DNA from: Amoeboradix gromovi X-113
Taxonomy: Eukaryota > Fungi > Sanchytriomycota
NCBI GenBank assembly: GCA_018985225.1
Contig: JADGIF010000336.1
Coordinates: forward strand, 1 to 10,654
Direction: 5' to 3'
Length of the DNA: 10,654 bases
Positions 7,614 through 10,654 of the stretch are shown here, piece after piece. The translations under genes were made by a program, and so were the position numbers. Below the pieces are notes generated by a model. It had not been told where the DNA came from. It searched no databases and saw only the letters and a list, made by a program, of their open reading frames with translations. How positions within the stretch are numbered: position 1 is the first letter of the stretch; each line of letters opens with the position of its first letter.

Positions 7614-9895
7614 TCACATGTGCAATATTCCCATCAATCCGTAACCTACACTACATACCACTATCATACTTATTATTGAGCTAGGTACACCTACCTTTAT
7701 AAAATCCGCAGTTGTCAAATAACGTATGCCTGTGTTTGGATCTTCTACATTAATAGCATGCATGTTTGGAAATCCACTGATTGGCAATGCCATTGCAGCA
7801 CTGCAAATTAACCCAATTCCCATGATCAACAATTTCACATGATTTTCATCATTTATAGCCATCACCATTCCAATCTCTTTAATCATTGGCAGTATTATCA
7901 ATGCTGCTACTGTATGACTAATCATACTTGCTGCAACTAACGTGAAGATGCTAAATGTTAACAGCACCTGCAATATGCTCATAGTGTTAGTCAAATATGA
8001 CAGATATTGTGCAATTAGATGTAACAACCCAGTATTATCTATTGCCTTACCCAGCAGTATACCCCCTTGTGCTAATACAACCACACTCTATATTAGTTAG
8101 CGATTACCCACAATAAGTCGTTGAAATCATTCTTGTCGAGAAACCCAAACCCAAAATAAAACAAAATTGGAATAAGTGAAACAATTGATACATCGCCTAT
8201 GAAGTCTTTGATAAAAGGGGTAGCTATCCACAGAAGTAGTATGGCTACACTGCTAGCGACTATAATCCACTGCACAGTATCATAATAATGGTATATTCTA
8301 GTTAGCAGTCTATCTCTAGTAGCATATGAAGGCAACAAAGGCACATCCTCATCACTATTGTTGCCACTGTTATTGCTAACACCAGTAGCACCACTTGTAT
8401 GATCAGTTTGCTCATCAAATTCATCTATAACATCAGTTGCCCGATACTCCTCGTCGTCGCGTAAACGAGGACCAATGACTTTGTTTGGCTGAACTATTGC
8501 GATGATTAACAGAAAGATCAATACGTTACACAGTAAACATACAGGTATAGTAACAAATAACCATTCAATCCATTTGATACTGCTTAAATGGATAGTTATT
8601 ATATTTTGAGGACTACTAATAGGAGTAATCATTCCGCCAATGTTACTGCTCATTGCAATGCCCAATATTAGAGACTTTCCTATTTTGATGTCAGTTTGCT
8701 TCAGCAATGAATGGATCAAAGAAGTGCAAAGAACTGGAGCTGCAACATTACTTGTTATACCACTAATAAAAGTAGCCAAGTTCATTAAAACAAACAGTAC
8801 TTTGTATGTGGAATGATTGCAGTGTTTAATCGTAGAATCACAGGGCGATTGAAGTATACGATATTTACTGAGAGCACTTGCTAATGTAAAGCCACCTAAT
8901 AACAAAATAATTATTGGTGAGTAAAACATTTCAGTAAATATTAACTTAGCAGCCAGAGGTGAATCAAGGACTACTTGCTGGCCATTAATATCTTCAGTCA
9001 AGACACTGCGAATGACCAGTAGCAGTGGAATCAACAAAGCTGTTGTAAACAAAGGAATTGCTTCTGTGGCCCACAAGTAAATCACAGCGAGTAGGACGCC
9101 GCAGCAGTTGTTTTGATATATAGTATTATGAGTGAAGTGTGTTATAAATGACATTCTAGGGATGACTAGAAGAAAAAATAGAAAAATTGTGAAATGAATT
9201 GCAAAATAAATGAATTTAGTTTTAGTAAATTTGTAATCATAACTATCTTGCCATTTCTTAGTAGTAGAGATTGTTTGCTGCATATCACGCCAAACAGTAT
9301 TCTTTTTAAACACAATCAAATCAGTCATGTGCTTTTCCAAGTAATTGCTGCAATACTCGACTGATTGACTGGAAACGTGAGAATACTTAATAATACAGGC
9401 AGATTTGAGAGTATTCAATCGAGTGTTATTGGTATACCATTGGTCCTGAACAACTTGGGACATGAACTTATCGCTAATGTTAATGTTGTTACATTTATCA
9501 TATTTCTTGCAAATCTTTCGTAAACCACTATAGTTAAGTCGAGAATAGTTCTGCAAATGACATAAATATTGGTAATAGGTGACTAGCTCGTTAGCCGGAT
9601 GATTAAATTCTATTGATTGAAAATGGTTGATTTGAATAGCCATGCTAGAATGTTTATTTATGACGGGATTATTTAAGAACTCAAATAAATCATTCCAAGT
9701 AGGTTCTATTGCCATTAACTCAATATGTTGGATAATGGAATTATAAAAATCAAGGATTTTAGTTCTTTCTTGTTGCAACTGAGCCAAAAAAAGGTGAGTT
9801 GGCAGATGCAGTTGCTTTTTCAGTCCTAGATAATTTATGTAAAAATCTTTCCACTCTTCCAAGATATTGGTTGAAAGTGCGGATCCAAACTTCAT
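7614..9895 (-). CDS. PHO87: SPX-domain low-affinity phosphate transporter, Pho87/Pho90/Pho91 (SLC13/DASS) family; join complement(8108..9895,7614..8087), 753 aa
   Basis: SPX: MKFG...EWKDFYINYLGLKK and LNYSGLRKICKKYDK. Permease: LWATEAIPLF, LLGGFTLA, SNVAAPVL, SNIGGM.TPISSPQN, SHTVAALIILP, ALPISGFPN. A 20-nt intron joins LLW|SVVVLAQGG. The exact paralog (87/90/91) is not resolvable. Confidence 0.93.
8088..8107 (-). other. 20-nt spliceosomal intron (GTAATCGCTAACTAATATAG)
   Basis: GT-AG, phase 0, contains CTAAC/CTAAT branch-like motifs and an in-frame TAA. Excision fuses the two permease ORFs. Confidence 0.92.
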
Positions 9896-10343
9896 ATGAA
9901 ACTATGGAGATAAATTAAAAGTGACATAATTCAGAAAAAATGAACATTTAACCATTAAAAAGGCTAGCTCTAAGAAATTTGAGGATTCTTTTTATTTGTT
10001 CACTAGTCTTACTTTCGTTTTAACGGGCTTAGCTTTGCAGTTAAATAGTTTCGGAAGTCTGTTATTACTTGTCTAATATTGTTTCATACCGATACGTAGA
10101 GTGTGTTAATTTGTGCCATGGCATGAGCATTTCATTTAGCGGTCTATCAATCCAGCTTAAACTGAACCTTATGAACAATCTCGGCTTCTGTTATTAATTG
10201 TAAACAGTTTTTGTATTGATTCTTAGTATTATTCGCAAAACAACAACTTGATTTTCTTTAATCTGCGACTATTCATGTGATCTTCGAAGACAATAATCTG
10301 AAGTTTCTGGCTATTCAAAACCATGACAACTGCAATTTTTTTC

Positions 10344-10654
10344 TTAGTTATTTGAGGTTAATTTAGCTTCTAAATTAAATACTGATGCATTTTCAATCTC
10401 ATTTATTGCGGGGAAGCAAGCTAAATCAGCACAACAGAAGGGCCTTTGATTTCCAACACAATAAACTGATCTACTCGCATGAAGGAAAGCATCAGAGCTT
10501 TTGTCTAGTTTAAGGGTGTGCCCCATCTCTTTGTTTAAATAGTACGTCTCCATTAGTATTACTCTTAATAAGACTTTTGACGAAAAGGTTTCAATTTACT
10601 TTTAGTTTCACAAGGCAGCTCGATTGTTATCTTGAATAAATCATTTATCGCGAA
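10344..10654 (-). pseudogene. 3' part of an unknown-family gene or pseudogene (runs off the window end)
   Basis: FAINDLFKITIELPCETKS, then a frame change (frameshift or possible 20/26-nt intron) to LLRVILMETYYLNKEMGHTLKLDK...CVGNQRPFCCADLACFPAINE. Short homologies to three other segments in the window. Confidence 0.45.
10399..10461 (-). repeat. 63-bp inverted repeat, copy 2
   Basis: 60/63 identical to 5692-5754 in the opposite orientation. Confidence 0.95.

Noticed and set aside
176-9895. Genome-wide TAA/TAG=Gln recoding
   Set aside because: Conserved genes end at TAA/TAG at the expected positions, and long exons contain no in-frame TAR.
10503-10524. GTCTAGTTT...CCCC resembling the TIR
   Set aside because: Only 9 bp match with the wrong spacing, and it lies in a paralog-conserved coding stretch.
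1-10654. tRNA, rRNA or CRISPR array
   Set aside because: No cloverleaf, rRNA motif or regularly spaced direct repeats were seen.

Overview
AT-rich, gene-dense eukaryotic DNA in the standard genetic code, most consistent with a compact early-diverging fungal genome. This is an inference from the fungal-type CKB1 C-terminus, the SPX+SLC13 Pho87-family permease and a Kre9/KNH-like secreted protein. Intact genes: casein kinase II beta, a small secreted/GPI-type protein, proteasome alpha-4 (PRE6/PSMA7), MZT1, YIP4/YIPF6 and a Pho87/90/91 phosphate transporter. Three of them carry ultra-short 19-20 nt GT-AG introns with a shared 3' end (T-M-A-T-W-T-A-G, A at -6). Between the genes lie two copies (929-1334, 6396-6855) of a non-autonomous DNA transposon with 28-bp GGGACA... 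TIRs and 3-bp AAA duplications, plus the end of a related element at 1-69. Both copies retain a codon-conserved ORF tail resembling the zinc-finger/RuvC-III C-terminus of TnpB/Fanzor RNA-guided nucleases, ending at a stop inside the right TIR. They are therefore candidate Fanzor 'ghost'/omegaRNA cassettes. The remaining space holds decayed paralogs of an unidentified gene family, including a 63-bp near-identical inverted repeat.
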